The position numbers and the translations under genes are program-made. This document shows positions 1-7,850 of a stretch of DNA of 45,309 nucleotides, piece by piece. Every line of letters begins with the position of its first letter. Position 1 is the stretch's first letter. Origin of the DNA: Vulcanimicrobiota bacterium (GTDB taxonomy: Bacteria; Vulcanimicrobiota; Vulcanimicrobiia; Vulcanimicrobiales; Vulcanimicrobiaceae); the NCBI GenBank assembly GCA_003135555.1, contig PLCF01000025.1:1-45309 (forward strand), written 5' to 3'. The notes beneath the pieces were generated by a model, which was given only the letters and a program-made list of their open reading frames with translations, did no database searches and was not told where the DNA came from.

Positions 1-22
1 GGTTCGAGTCCCTCCCCGCGCA
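1..22 (+). tRNA. 3' end of a tRNA cut by the window edge, probably tRNA-Leu
   Basis: GG-TTCGAGT-CCCTC T-arm, then acceptor 3' strand CCCGCGC and discriminator A, with no encoded CCA. The anticodon is outside the window. Leu is inferred from the GCGCGGG-type acceptor stem and A73. Confidence 0.75.
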
Positions 23-753
23 ACCGATCGCTCCTCGACGCTACGAAGGTGCTTGCGAACAGCGTTGTCGCTCACGCCCAACCTCGCCCCGGCCGCGCGA
101 AACGACGTTGTATTGACCATTTCTCGCACGACCGACACTGTGGGCCAAGCAATCCTCAGGTGCTTCCCGATATTGTTCTTCGCGACTCTGCGGGCGTGTT
201 TCTGGCGGCATTCGCGTAGGCAGGCATTGCACAACAAGCGACGTCCGGGAATCTCTACAGAACACATGGCACACTGGGTCGACGTTAGCTGGCGTTTTCT
301 CTGAGAGCCTCTGCAGTAGGTCGCCGTTTGGCTGTGACAGTTAGGGCAGAGTAGACGCAGGTTCTCGATTCTATTGTCGCTCGGTACTCCGTTTATGTGG
401 TCGAGGTGAAGCACGAGGGACTGCTTCATCCATTCTGATAATCCACAGGTCACACAGCGGTTCACCATTAAGCCCGCGTCGATGAGTCGTTGTCTCAGCC
501 GAGGTGTATACGGTCCTCCGACGACGAGTAGGTCGCTTAAGGTATACGAGCGATTGCGCCACTTCAATCCATTCCAATGGTCGGTGTTCACATTCATCTC
601 TCGTAGCCGTCGCCGAAATATTCGATAGGACCCGCCGGAAACGCGCACCCCCAGAAGGTGCATCAGTGCTCCCATTGACCTGACGCGTGGGACGGCCAGT
701 CGTATCTCTGTATCGGAAACCGACCTGGACGTAAAAATCAGAAGCGTTTCCAT
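1..753 (-). CDS. HNH endonuclease with Zn-finger motifs and a C-terminal HTH-like domain (3' end off-window, not in ORF track)
   Basis: Hand translation from ATG 753 is open to base 1: ...GLMVNRCVTCGLSEWMKQSLVLHLDHINGVPSDNRIENLRLLCPNCHSQTATYC...CAMC...CNAC...IAWPTVSVVREMVNTTSFRAAGARLGVSDNAVRKHL. Upstream in-frame stop at 772-774. Confidence 0.92.
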   Translation of the reverse strand, partial: METLLIFTSRSVSDTEIRLAVPRVRSMGALMHLLGVRVSGGSYRIFRRRLREMNVNTDHWNGLKWRNRSYTLSDLLVVGGPYTPRLRQRLIDAGLMVNRCVTCGLSEWMKQSLVLHLDHINGVPSDNRIENLRLLCPNCHSQTATYCRGSQRKRQLTSTQCAMCSVEIPGRRLLCNACLRECRQKHARRVAKNNIGKHLRIAWPTVSVVREMVNTTSFRAAGARLGVSDNAVRKHLRSVEERSVARGGTRT

Positions 754-780
754 TGCTGTGTTCAAACATTCTCACCGTCG

Positions 781-800
781 TGTGCCAACAGCATGGCACA
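781..800. promoter_or_regulatory. Perfect inverted repeat TGTGCCA-N6-TGGCACA (possible operator or RNA hairpin)
   Basis: Seen directly in the 87-bp gap between the HNH start and tRNA-Gly, flanked by CGTCG...CGACG. Function is inferred. Confidence 0.4.
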
Positions 801-840
801 AGAAAACCGACGCCTTTAAGTCCAATCTCGTTGGCTATTC

Positions 841-914
841 GCAGATCTAACACAGTGGTAGTGTACCGGCGTGCCGAGCCGGAGAGACGGGTTCGATCCC
901 CGTGATCTGCACCA
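841..914 (+). tRNA. tRNA-Gly(GCC), atypical
   Basis: Acceptor GCAGATC/GATCTGC+ACCA, D-stem ACAC/GTGT, anticodon arm CCGGC-GTGCCGA-GCCGG, T-arm ACGGG-TTCGATC-CCCGT. Confidence 0.88.
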
Positions 915-915
915 T

Positions 916-989
916 GCGGGTGAAGCATTGTGGTGATGCTTCTGACTTCCAATCAGAGGAGCGGGGTTCGATCCCCCGCGCCCGCACCA
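916..989 (+). tRNA. tRNA-Gly(TCC), atypical
   Basis: Acceptor GCGGGTG/CGCCCGC+ACCA, D-stem GCAT/ATGC, anticodon arm TCTGA-CTTCCAA-TCAGA, T-arm CGGGG-TTCGATC-CCCCG. Confidence 0.92.
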
Positions 990-1030
990 TTTCGACCACC
1001 ACCACCTCGATCCGCAGAAAGGAGGCGTCC

Positions 1031-1558
1031 ATGTCGGTCCTGCTCCTCAACTTCACCTACGAGCCGCTGGGCGTCGTGGACGTCGCGCGGGCCGTGCGGC
1101 TGCTCTTCGCGCGCAAGGTCGAGCTCGTGCACGCCGGCAGCGGCGAGATCCGCTCCGTGACGGCGGCGTTTCCGCTGCCGTCGGTGGTGCGTCTCCTCTA
1201 CTACGTGGCGCGCCGCCGCAAGAAGGTCGCGCTGACGAAGAAGAACGTGCTGTTGCGCGACGACTACGTGTGCGCGTACTGCGTCGCACCGGGCGGCCGC
1301 GACATGACCGTCGACCACGTCGTGCCGCGCAGCCGCGGCGGCCGCTCGGTGTGGAAGAACCTTGTCGCCTGCTGCTCGGCGTGCAATGCGCGCAAGCGGG
1401 ACCGCACGCCGGACGAGGCGCGGATGCCGCTGCGCCGCAAGCCGCGCGAGCCGCGCTATATCCCGTGGGTGGTCGTGCGTCGCAACACGGCGCCCGACGA
1501 GTGGGGTGCGTACCTCGCACTCTACCACGTCGACATCGAAGAGCGGGTCGGGCGCTGA
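1031..1558 (+). CDS. HNH endonuclease (McrA-like, VLLLN..YEPL family)
   Basis: AAGGAGG before ATG 1031. Motifs MSVLLLNFTYEPL and RDDYVCAYC...TVDHVVPRSRGG...NLVACCSACNARK. Confidence 0.93.
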   Translation: MSVLLLNFTYEPLGVVDVARAVRLLFARKVELVHAGSGEIRSVTAAFPLPSVVRLLYYVARRRKKVALTKKNVLLRDDYVCAYCVAPGGRDMTVDHVVPRSRGGRSVWKNLVACCSACNARKRDRTPDEARMPLRRKPREPRYIPWVVVRRNTAPDEWGAYLALYHVDIEERVGR

Positions 1559-1619
1559 GCGCCCGGCTCGCTTCCGGTCGCGCAGTGAATCGGCGGGTCG
1601 CGGCAGAATAGCGGCCACC

Positions 1620-3641
1620 ATGGCGTCGGCTTGGGCCCTAGTTCGACGGTTCGCCGTGCGCATTCGGACGCAAGCGGTCCTGTTGAGCGTCGTCCCGCTG
1701 ACGTTCTTGGTGGCCCTGTTCGTCATCGCGAGCATCTTGCGGAGCGAGACGGAGCAAACGGCGGCATGGTCGCAGCTCGCGAGCAACGCGCTCAAGCAGT
1801 CGGACCTGGTCCAAAAGACGATCGGCGACGCGAACCGTGCCATCGTGGACTACACCACCAAGAACCACCGGCCGGCGGCGCTGGGCCCATACCGAGCCGC
1901 GTTGCGTGCCTTGGGTCCGCAGGTTGTGGAGCTGCGCCGACTCGTGCGCGACGAACCCTCGCAAGAAGTGCGTGCGGGGCGATTGGGGGCGCTCTCGGCC
2001 GACGTCATGGACCTGCTGACGCAATATCTCGCACTTTGGGATGCCGGCAAGAAAACCCAGGCGCCGGCGATGCTCCAACAGCCGCGCAACCGGAAGATCG
2101 TCAGCGACTGGCTCCTCGCAAAGACCGCCTTCGACGACGCCGAGCGCGCGAACACCATCGGGCGCTTCACCGACCTGCAGCGTGAAGTCGTCCTACTCAA
2201 CCGCATCCTGCTCGTAGCGTCGATCGCGGGTATCCTCTTGACGCTGTTCGTCACGGCGATGTTCGGCTTGCGGATCGCTCGCAGGTTGCAGCGCCTCGCG
2301 GAGAACGCGCAAGGGCTGGGCGAGGGCCAGCAGGCCGCGGTGATCGGCGGCAGCGACGAGATCGCCGACCTCGACCGGGTCTATCACGAGATGACGCAGC
2401 GAATCCGCGACACGCTGCAGCAAAAAGACGAGGCCCTGGCCGCGTACGAGCGCGCGCACCATGTCGCCACGACGCTGCAGCGCGCGCTCTTGCCTCAGGA
2501 GCTGCCGCAGATCGCCGGGATCGTTTTCGACGCCGTATACGAACCGGCCAAGAGCGAGGCGCAAGTCGGCGGAGATTGGTATGATGCGCTGCGCCTGGCC
2601 GATGGGCGCGTGCTGATCTCGATCGGCGACGTCGCCGGCAGCGGCTTGCAGGCAGCGGTGATCATGGCCGCCATGCGTGAGGTCATCCGCGGCGTGGCGC
2701 AGGTCTATGCCGATCCCGCCACCATCATCGACGCCGCCGACCGCACGCTCAAGACGGAGCATCTCGACAGCGTCGTAACCGCGTTCGTCGGCGTGTTCGA
2801 CCCGGTCGCGCGCACCTTGGCGTACGTCTCGGCGGGACATCCGCCGCCGCTGGTCCGCGCGCCCGACGGCACCGTCACCGACCTTCCGTCCCGCGGTCTG
2901 CCGTTGGGCATTCGCTTGCGGAACGACGCGGACGCCCGCACCGCGGCCATCCCCGCCGGCGCCACCGTGATTTTCTACACCGACGGTCTGATCGAGTCGA
3001 CCAAGGACGTCATCGCCGCCGAGCGCACGTTGCGCGCCGCGCTGGCCGATCCCAGCACGGTGGCGCGCCCGCAGGTCGCGCAGACCTTGTACGACCGCGT
3101 CCTGCACGACGGTACGCACGACGACGTTGCGATCCTCGCGATGCGCGTCGACGCTAGCTCGGCCGGCGCCGCATCGGAGGCGGCCGGTGAGCATCATCAC
3201 CGCTGGAGCTTCGACACCGGCGACTTCGCGACGGCGCAACGTTCTCGTCTCGCGTTCGCCTCGATCCTGGCCGACGGTGGGATCTGCGAAGAGGACGTGT
3301 TCACCGCCGAGCTCATCTTCGGAGAGCTGCTCAGCAACGCCGTGCGATATGCGCCCGGGCCGGTCGAAGTCGTGCTCGACCGCAGCGGCGACTCGATCGC
3401 GATCCTGCACTTTCTCGACCTCGGACCGGGTTTCATCGTGATGCCGCGGTTGCCGTCCGACCTGCTGAGCGAGCGCGGACGCGGCTTGTTTCTCGTGTGG
3501 TCGCTGGCCGAAGAGCTCAACGTGACCAAGCGCATCGACGGCGGCTCGCATGCCCGGGTCGTCCTGACGGCGCGCCGCGCCCGCAAACGCGGGGGGTCGC
3601 GGCGTCTCAAGATGGCCCAGGCCGCGACCGACACCGGCTGA
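1620..3641 (+). CDS. Membrane sensor: periplasmic domain, HAMP, SpoIIE/PP2C phosphatase and C-terminal RsbW-like HATPase
   Basis: Two TM segments, DEIADL HAMP, VGGDWYD, IGDVAGSG, YTDGL, DDVAIL, then ELLSNAVRY...DLGPGF...ERGRGLFLV. Confidence 0.88.
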   Translation: MASAWALVRRFAVRIRTQAVLLSVVPLTFLVALFVIASILRSETEQTAAWSQLASNALKQSDLVQKTIGDANRAIVDYTTKNHRPAALGPYRAALRALGPQVVELRRLVRDEPSQEVRAGRLGALSADVMDLLTQYLALWDAGKKTQAPAMLQQPRNRKIVSDWLLAKTAFDDAERANTIGRFTDLQREVVLLNRILLVASIAGILLTLFVTAMFGLRIARRLQRLAENAQGLGEGQQAAVIGGSDEIADLDRVYHEMTQRIRDTLQQKDEALAAYERAHHVATTLQRALLPQELPQIAGIVFDAVYEPAKSEAQVGGDWYDALRLADGRVLISIGDVAGSGLQAAVIMAAMREVIRGVAQVYADPATIIDAADRTLKTEHLDSVVTAFVGVFDPVARTLAYVSAGHPPPLVRAPDGTVTDLPSRGLPLGIRLRNDADARTAAIPAGATVIFYTDGLIESTKDVIAAERTLRAALADPSTVARPQVAQTLYDRVLHDGTHDDVAILAMRVDASSAGAASEAAGEHHHRWSFDTGDFATAQRSRLAFASILADGGICEEDVFTAELIFGELLSNAVRYAPGPVEVVLDRSGDSIAILHFLDLGPGFIVMPRLPSDLLSERGRGLFLVWSLAEELNVTKRIDGGSHARVVLTARRARKRGGSRRLKMAQAATDTG

Positions 3642-4468
3642 TGCGCAGCACCTTCGAGCGCGACGGTTTCGTGGTGCTGCGCGAGTTCAAGGCGCCCGGC
3701 GAGATCGCTGCACTACGGGCGCGTGCGGCTGAGATCGTCGAGGCCTTCGATCCCGGCGAGGCCGGCGCGATCTTCACCACGCGCGACGAGTCGACGACCA
3801 AGGCCGACGAGTACTTCCTGTCTTCCGGTGACAAGATCCGCTGCTTCTTCGAAGAGGAGGCTTTCGACGCGGCCGGCGGGCTACGCCAATCCAAGCCGCT
3901 CTCCATCAACAAGATCGGGCACGCGCTGCACGATCTCGATCCGGTCTTCGAGCGCTTCTCGCGCGACCCGCGGCTCCACGATCTCGCGCTCGCGCTCGGC
4001 CTCGCGCAGCCGCGCGTCTACCAGTCCATGTACATCTTCAAGCAGCCCCGGATCGGCGGTGAGGTGCGCTGGCACCAGGACGCCACGTATTTCGACACCG
4101 ATCCCGTGAGCGTGACGACGCTGTGGTTCGCGCTCGAACGGGCCGACCGCAGCAACGGCTGTCTGTGGGTGCAGCGCGGTGGGCACCGCACGCCGCTGCG
4201 CGAGCGGTTCAGCGTCGACGCCCGCGGCAGCCGGCTCGACGTGCTCGACCACACCCCCTGGCCCAACGAGGCCGTAGCTGAGCCCGTGGAGGTCGAAGCC
4301 GGCACGCTCGTCGTGCTGCACGGCTTGCTGCCCCACTACAGCGCGCCGAACCGTTCGGCCGTGTCGCGCCACGCCTATACGCTGCACTGCGTCGATGCGG
4401 GCGCGCGCTACGCGCCGACGAATTGGCTGCAGCGTTCGACCGCATTTCCCGCCCGCGACTTCGTCTAA
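3641..4468 (+). CDS. Phytanoyl-CoA dioxygenase (PhyH/PHYHD1-like)
   Basis: INKIGHALH, QSMYIFKQP, WHQD, PHYSAPNRS. ATG overlaps the upstream TGA. Confidence 0.92.
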   Translation: MRSTFERDGFVVLREFKAPGEIAALRARAAEIVEAFDPGEAGAIFTTRDESTTKADEYFLSSGDKIRCFFEEEAFDAAGGLRQSKPLSINKIGHALHDLDPVFERFSRDPRLHDLALALGLAQPRVYQSMYIFKQPRIGGEVRWHQDATYFDTDPVSVTTLWFALERADRSNGCLWVQRGGHRTPLRERFSVDARGSRLDVLDHTPWPNEAVAEPVEVEAGTLVVLHGLLPHYSAPNRSAVSRHAYTLHCVDAGARYAPTNWLQRSTAFPARDFV

Positions 4469-4473
4469 GCCGC

Positions 4474-5394
4474 ATGGACGAAACGGGCGCCGGCCTGCTC
4501 ACCTTCACCAGCGACGGGCTCGAGGTGGTCGGCGACCGCCGCCTGCCGGCGGGTGCGCCGCGCGCCGCGGTCATCATCGCGCACGGGATGGCCGAGCACG
4601 CGGCGCGCTACCGCCGTTTCGCCGCCGAGCTCGCCGCGCACGGCTACGCCGTGTATGCGCCCGACCTGCGCGGCCACGGGCGCACCGCCGGGGGTGACGA
4701 GCGGCTGGGCTGGGCCGGCGCCGACGGCTGGAACGCGATGCTGCGCGACCTCGCGCGGCTGATCGAGCTCGCCGGCGAACGTCACCCGGGCGTCCCGGTC
4801 GTCCTGTTCGGACACAGCATGGGGTCGATTCTCGCGCAGCGCGTCGCGCAGCTCGCGGGCGAGCGCCTCGCCGGACTGATCCTGTCCGGCACGACCGGCT
4901 CGGCGCCGAAGCTCGGCGCCGGGATCCTCGCCGCGCGACTGTTGTGCACGCTGCGCGGAGGCCGCGCTCCCTCGCCGCTCCAACGCGTGATGTTCGCCGG
5001 GTTCAACGCCTCCTTCGCGCCGCAGCCCACCGGCTTCGAGTGGCTGAGCCGCGATGCGTCCGAAGTCCAGCGGTACGTCGACGACCCCCGCTGCGGGTTC
5101 ACGTTCTCGAACCGGCTGCTGCTCGACATGCTGCGCGGTTACGCGGAGGTGTGGAAGCCGGAGAACGAGCGCCGAATCCCGCCCGGCCTGCCGGTTTTGC
5201 TCGTCTCGGGCGAGCTGGACCCCGTCGGGGCGAGAACGACCGCGGTGACGGCGCTCGCCGCGCGTTACCGCGCGCTGGGCCTGGGCGACGTGCAGGTGGT
5301 GTTCTATCCCGGCGCGCGTCACGAGATGCTCAACGAGACCAACCGCGACGAGGTCGTCCGCGACGTCGTCGGCTGGCTCGACGCGCGGGTCTAA
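4474..5394 (+). CDS. Alpha/beta hydrolase, lysophospholipase-like
   Basis: HGMAEH, DLRGHG, GHSMG, RHEMLNE. Confidence 0.9.
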   Translation: MDETGAGLLTFTSDGLEVVGDRRLPAGAPRAAVIIAHGMAEHAARYRRFAAELAAHGYAVYAPDLRGHGRTAGGDERLGWAGADGWNAMLRDLARLIELAGERHPGVPVVLFGHSMGSILAQRVAQLAGERLAGLILSGTTGSAPKLGAGILAARLLCTLRGGRAPSPLQRVMFAGFNASFAPQPTGFEWLSRDASEVQRYVDDPRCGFTFSNRLLLDMLRGYAEVWKPENERRIPPGLPVLLVSGELDPVGARTTAVTALAARYRALGLGDVQVVFYPGARHEMLNETNRDEVVRDVVGWLDARV

Positions 5395-6212
5395 TCGACG
5401 AAGATGTCGTCGGTCAGCGGCGTCCCGGGTTCGACCGCGTAGCCGGAGAGATCGGTCACGCCGGCGGTGCGCAGCACGTCTTCGTCGATGAAGGTATTGC
5501 CGGTGCAGCTGCGCGCCTCCCGGCACAGGATCTCGTAGGCCGCGTCCGCGACGACCGCCGGCGTACGCGAGGAGCGGATCATTGCGTCCCCGCCGAGGAG
5601 ATTTTGCACCGCGGCGGTCGCGATCGTCGTTTTCGGCCACAGCGCGTTCGCGGCGATCCCGCGCGCGCGGAACTCCGCAGCGAAACCGAGCGTCAGCAGC
5701 GTCATCCCGTACTTCTTGAACGTATAGGCCGGAGCGCCGGCGATCCACTTCGACTTCAGCGCGATCGGCGGCGAGAGGGTAAGGATGTGCGCGTTGGGCG
5801 ACTTCTCGAGATACGGGAGCGCAGCCCGGGTGACCAGATAGGTCGCGCGCGGACCGATCGCGGTCATCAAATCGAACGCCTTCGCGTCGACCTGCGCCGT
5901 CCCGCCCAGGCGGATCGCGCTGGCATTGTTGACGACCACGTCGATCCCGCCGAAGCGCTCGACGGCGGCTCCAACGGCCTGCGCGATCTGCGCCTCGTCG
6001 CGAACGTCGCATTGCACCGCGAGCGCTTTGCCGCCGGCGGCTTCGATCTCGGCGGCCGCGGTGTAGATCGTGCCCGGCAGCTTGGGGTGCGGCTCGACGG
6101 TCTTGGCGACGACGACGACGTTCGCGCCGTCCCGTGCGGCGCGCAGGCCGATCGCAAGGCCGATGCCGCGACTCGCGCCGCTGATGAAGAGCGTTTTGCC
6201 GGCGAGGCTCAC
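5391..6212 (-). CDS. SDR oxidoreductase (HSDL2-like)
   Basis: GASRGIG, PHPKLPGTI, NNASAI, YTFKK. Confidence 0.9.
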   Translation of the reverse strand: MSLAGKTLFISGASRGIGLAIGLRAARDGANVVVVAKTVEPHPKLPGTIYTAAAEIEAAGGKALAVQCDVRDEAQIAQAVGAAVERFGGIDVVVNNASAIRLGGTAQVDAKAFDLMTAIGPRATYLVTRAALPYLEKSPNAHILTLSPPIALKSKWIAGAPAYTFKKYGMTLLTLGFAAEFRARGIAANALWPKTTIATAAVQNLLGGDAMIRSSRTPAVVADAAYEILCREARSCTGNTFIDEDVLRTAGVTDLSGYAVEPGTPLTDDIFVD

Positions 6213-6967
6213 GTTGCGCTACGGCCGGCCCGCTCGAAGAACGAGCTCATCGCGGAGCGCGCCTCTGCCGAGGCGAGGCGCTCGCGAAACGCGACGGTTT
6301 CACGTGCGATCGCGGCCAAGACCACGTCGCGGTCGTAGGTCAGGAGGCGTTTCGTCGCCCGCACCGCCGCGCGCGGCTTGAGCGCGATCATCCGTGCGGC
6401 CAGCTCGGCGACCGCGTCGAGCTCCTCGTCGGGGACGACCTTGGTGACGATCCCGTCGGCGAAGGCCTGCCCCGCGTTGATCGCCTCGCCCAGGTACAGT
6501 GCGGCTCCGGCGCGCGCGCGCCCGATGCGCCGCGGCAGCAGTACGCTACTGGCGGCCTCGGGGACGAGGCCGAGATCGACGAACGGCACCTTGAACTTCG
6601 CGGTCGGCGCCGCGTAGACGACGTCGCAGTGCAGGAGCATGGTCGTGCCGATGCCGACCGCCGCACCGCGCACGGCGGCGACGACCGGGACGTCGGTCGT
6701 CGCCAAGCCGGTCAGAAAGCGAAACACCGGCGCGTCGTCGCCATGCGGCGGCTGGTCGAGAAAGTCGCGCAGGTCGTTGCCGCCGGTGAACGTGTCGCCG
6801 CGCCCACGGATCAAGAGCGCACCGACGTCGTCGCCGGCGGCCGACGCGACCGCGTCGGCCATGGCGGCGTACATCGCCACGGTCAGGGCGTTCTTCTTGT
6901 CGGGCCGATCCAGTACGACGTGACGGACGCCGTCGCGGTCTTCGACGGAGATGCCGAGCGAGCTCAT
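6209..6967 (-). CDS. Enoyl-CoA hydratase/isomerase family
   Basis: RPDKKNAL, FTGGNDL, AVGIGTTMLLHCD, PFVDLGLVPEA. Start set at ATG 6967. Confidence 0.9.
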   Translation of the reverse strand: MSSLGISVEDRDGVRHVVLDRPDKKNALTVAMYAAMADAVASAAGDDVGALLIRGRGDTFTGGNDLRDFLDQPPHGDDAPVFRFLTGLATTDVPVVAAVRGAAVGIGTTMLLHCDVVYAAPTAKFKVPFVDLGLVPEAASSVLLPRRIGRARAGAALYLGEAINAGQAFADGIVTKVVPDEELDAVAELAARMIALKPRAAVRATKRLLTYDRDVVLAAIARETVAFRERLASAEARSAMSSFFERAGRSAT

Positions 6968-7045
6968 AGCGCGCTGTCCGCGCGCGAAGGCCGGCTTCCC
7001 TCTGCAGCCCAGGAAAAACGGCCGGTTGAGCCCAACCCGCCGTCC

Positions 7046-7846
7046 ATGGGTGCTCATCGGCTCGTCTCCCGCTGTGCCGTTTCGCTCTTCGTGCTGGCGT
7101 CGTTCGCCACGGCGAGCCTGGCCGGGGCACGGGGCCAGCCCAGCCCCACGCCCGCGCCCAAGGCCGACCGCAACGCCGCGATCATCGACCCGCTCACCGA
7201 GATCGGCCGCGTTCGCGCGCGCACGCCCTACTGCGCGGCGCTCGCCGGCGCGCGGCTCGGCGTCGACGCGGCGATCACGTATCAGTACGCGGTTCCCACG
7301 CTGTACCGCGATCTGCGCTATTTCCGGCTCGATTCGTATTTGACCAAACATCAGTCCGAGCAACGGACCGAGCACGATCTGAGCTCGCTGTGGAATTTGG
7401 CCACGGCCGGGCGCGCCGAAGTGCAGGCGCTGCGCTCCGCGGCACTGGCGCCGGGCGTCGATGAAGCCAAGCGGACGGAGATGCTCGGCTTTGCCAACGC
7501 GCTCGACGGTGCGAAAGCGCGCCAGATGGAACTCGCCCGGACGATCGCGCGCACGTATGCCATCCTGGCCGAAGCGCCGGTACGGCTCATCGCCAACGCC
7601 CCCTCCGACGATCACGGCGCGGCCGCGCTACGCGGCGGTCCGCGCGCGGCGAGCATCGGCCTCCCCGGCGGCGCGCCGACCGCGCAGCCGTACACGAGCG
7701 CGCAGATGGAGGGGCTCGAGGACCACTCGCGCGAGCAGGGGTTGTTCGGTACGTTCGGCGCGGAGAGCTTCATCCGCGACGATCTCCAGGAAGCGGCACG
7801 GCACGCGACCGCCGCGATGAAGCTCGGCAGCTGCACGGAGCTCTGA
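7046..7846 (+). CDS. Secreted helical hypothetical protein, paralog A
   Basis: Signal-peptide-like N-terminus and PSPTP linker. Aligns along its length with 9306..10115. Confidence 0.8.
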   Translation: MGAHRLVSRCAVSLFVLASFATASLAGARGQPSPTPAPKADRNAAIIDPLTEIGRVRARTPYCAALAGARLGVDAAITYQYAVPTLYRDLRYFRLDSYLTKHQSEQRTEHDLSSLWNLATAGRAEVQALRSAALAPGVDEAKRTEMLGFANALDGAKARQMELARTIARTYAILAEAPVRLIANAPSDDHGAAALRGGPRAASIGLPGGAPTAQPYTSAQMEGLEDHSREQGLFGTFGAESFIRDDLQEAARHATAAMKLGSCTEL

Positions 7847-7850
7847 GGCA

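Noticed and set aside
794..812. Sigma54 promoter (TGGCAC)
   Set aside because: No correctly spaced -12 TTGC element on either strand.
23..840. GOLLD/ROOL-like giant ncRNA between tRNAs
   Set aside because: Size and context fit, but the minus strand encodes a clear HNH protein across nearly the whole interval.
1..840. Group I intron or att site associated with the tRNA
   Set aside because: The HNH lies after a complete tRNA 3' end and the next tRNA is intact. No integrase or duplicated tRNA end is present in the window.
371..952. Listed ORFs 41..274, 53..304, 371..952 and 847..1056
   Set aside because: These are alternative frames over the HNH gene and tRNAs, with no recognisable motifs.
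902..1558. IscB/Cas9-like RNA-guided nuclease, and the 218-aa version of this ORF
   Set aside because: No RuvC or PLMP motifs and only 175 aa. The longer start overlaps the tRNAs.
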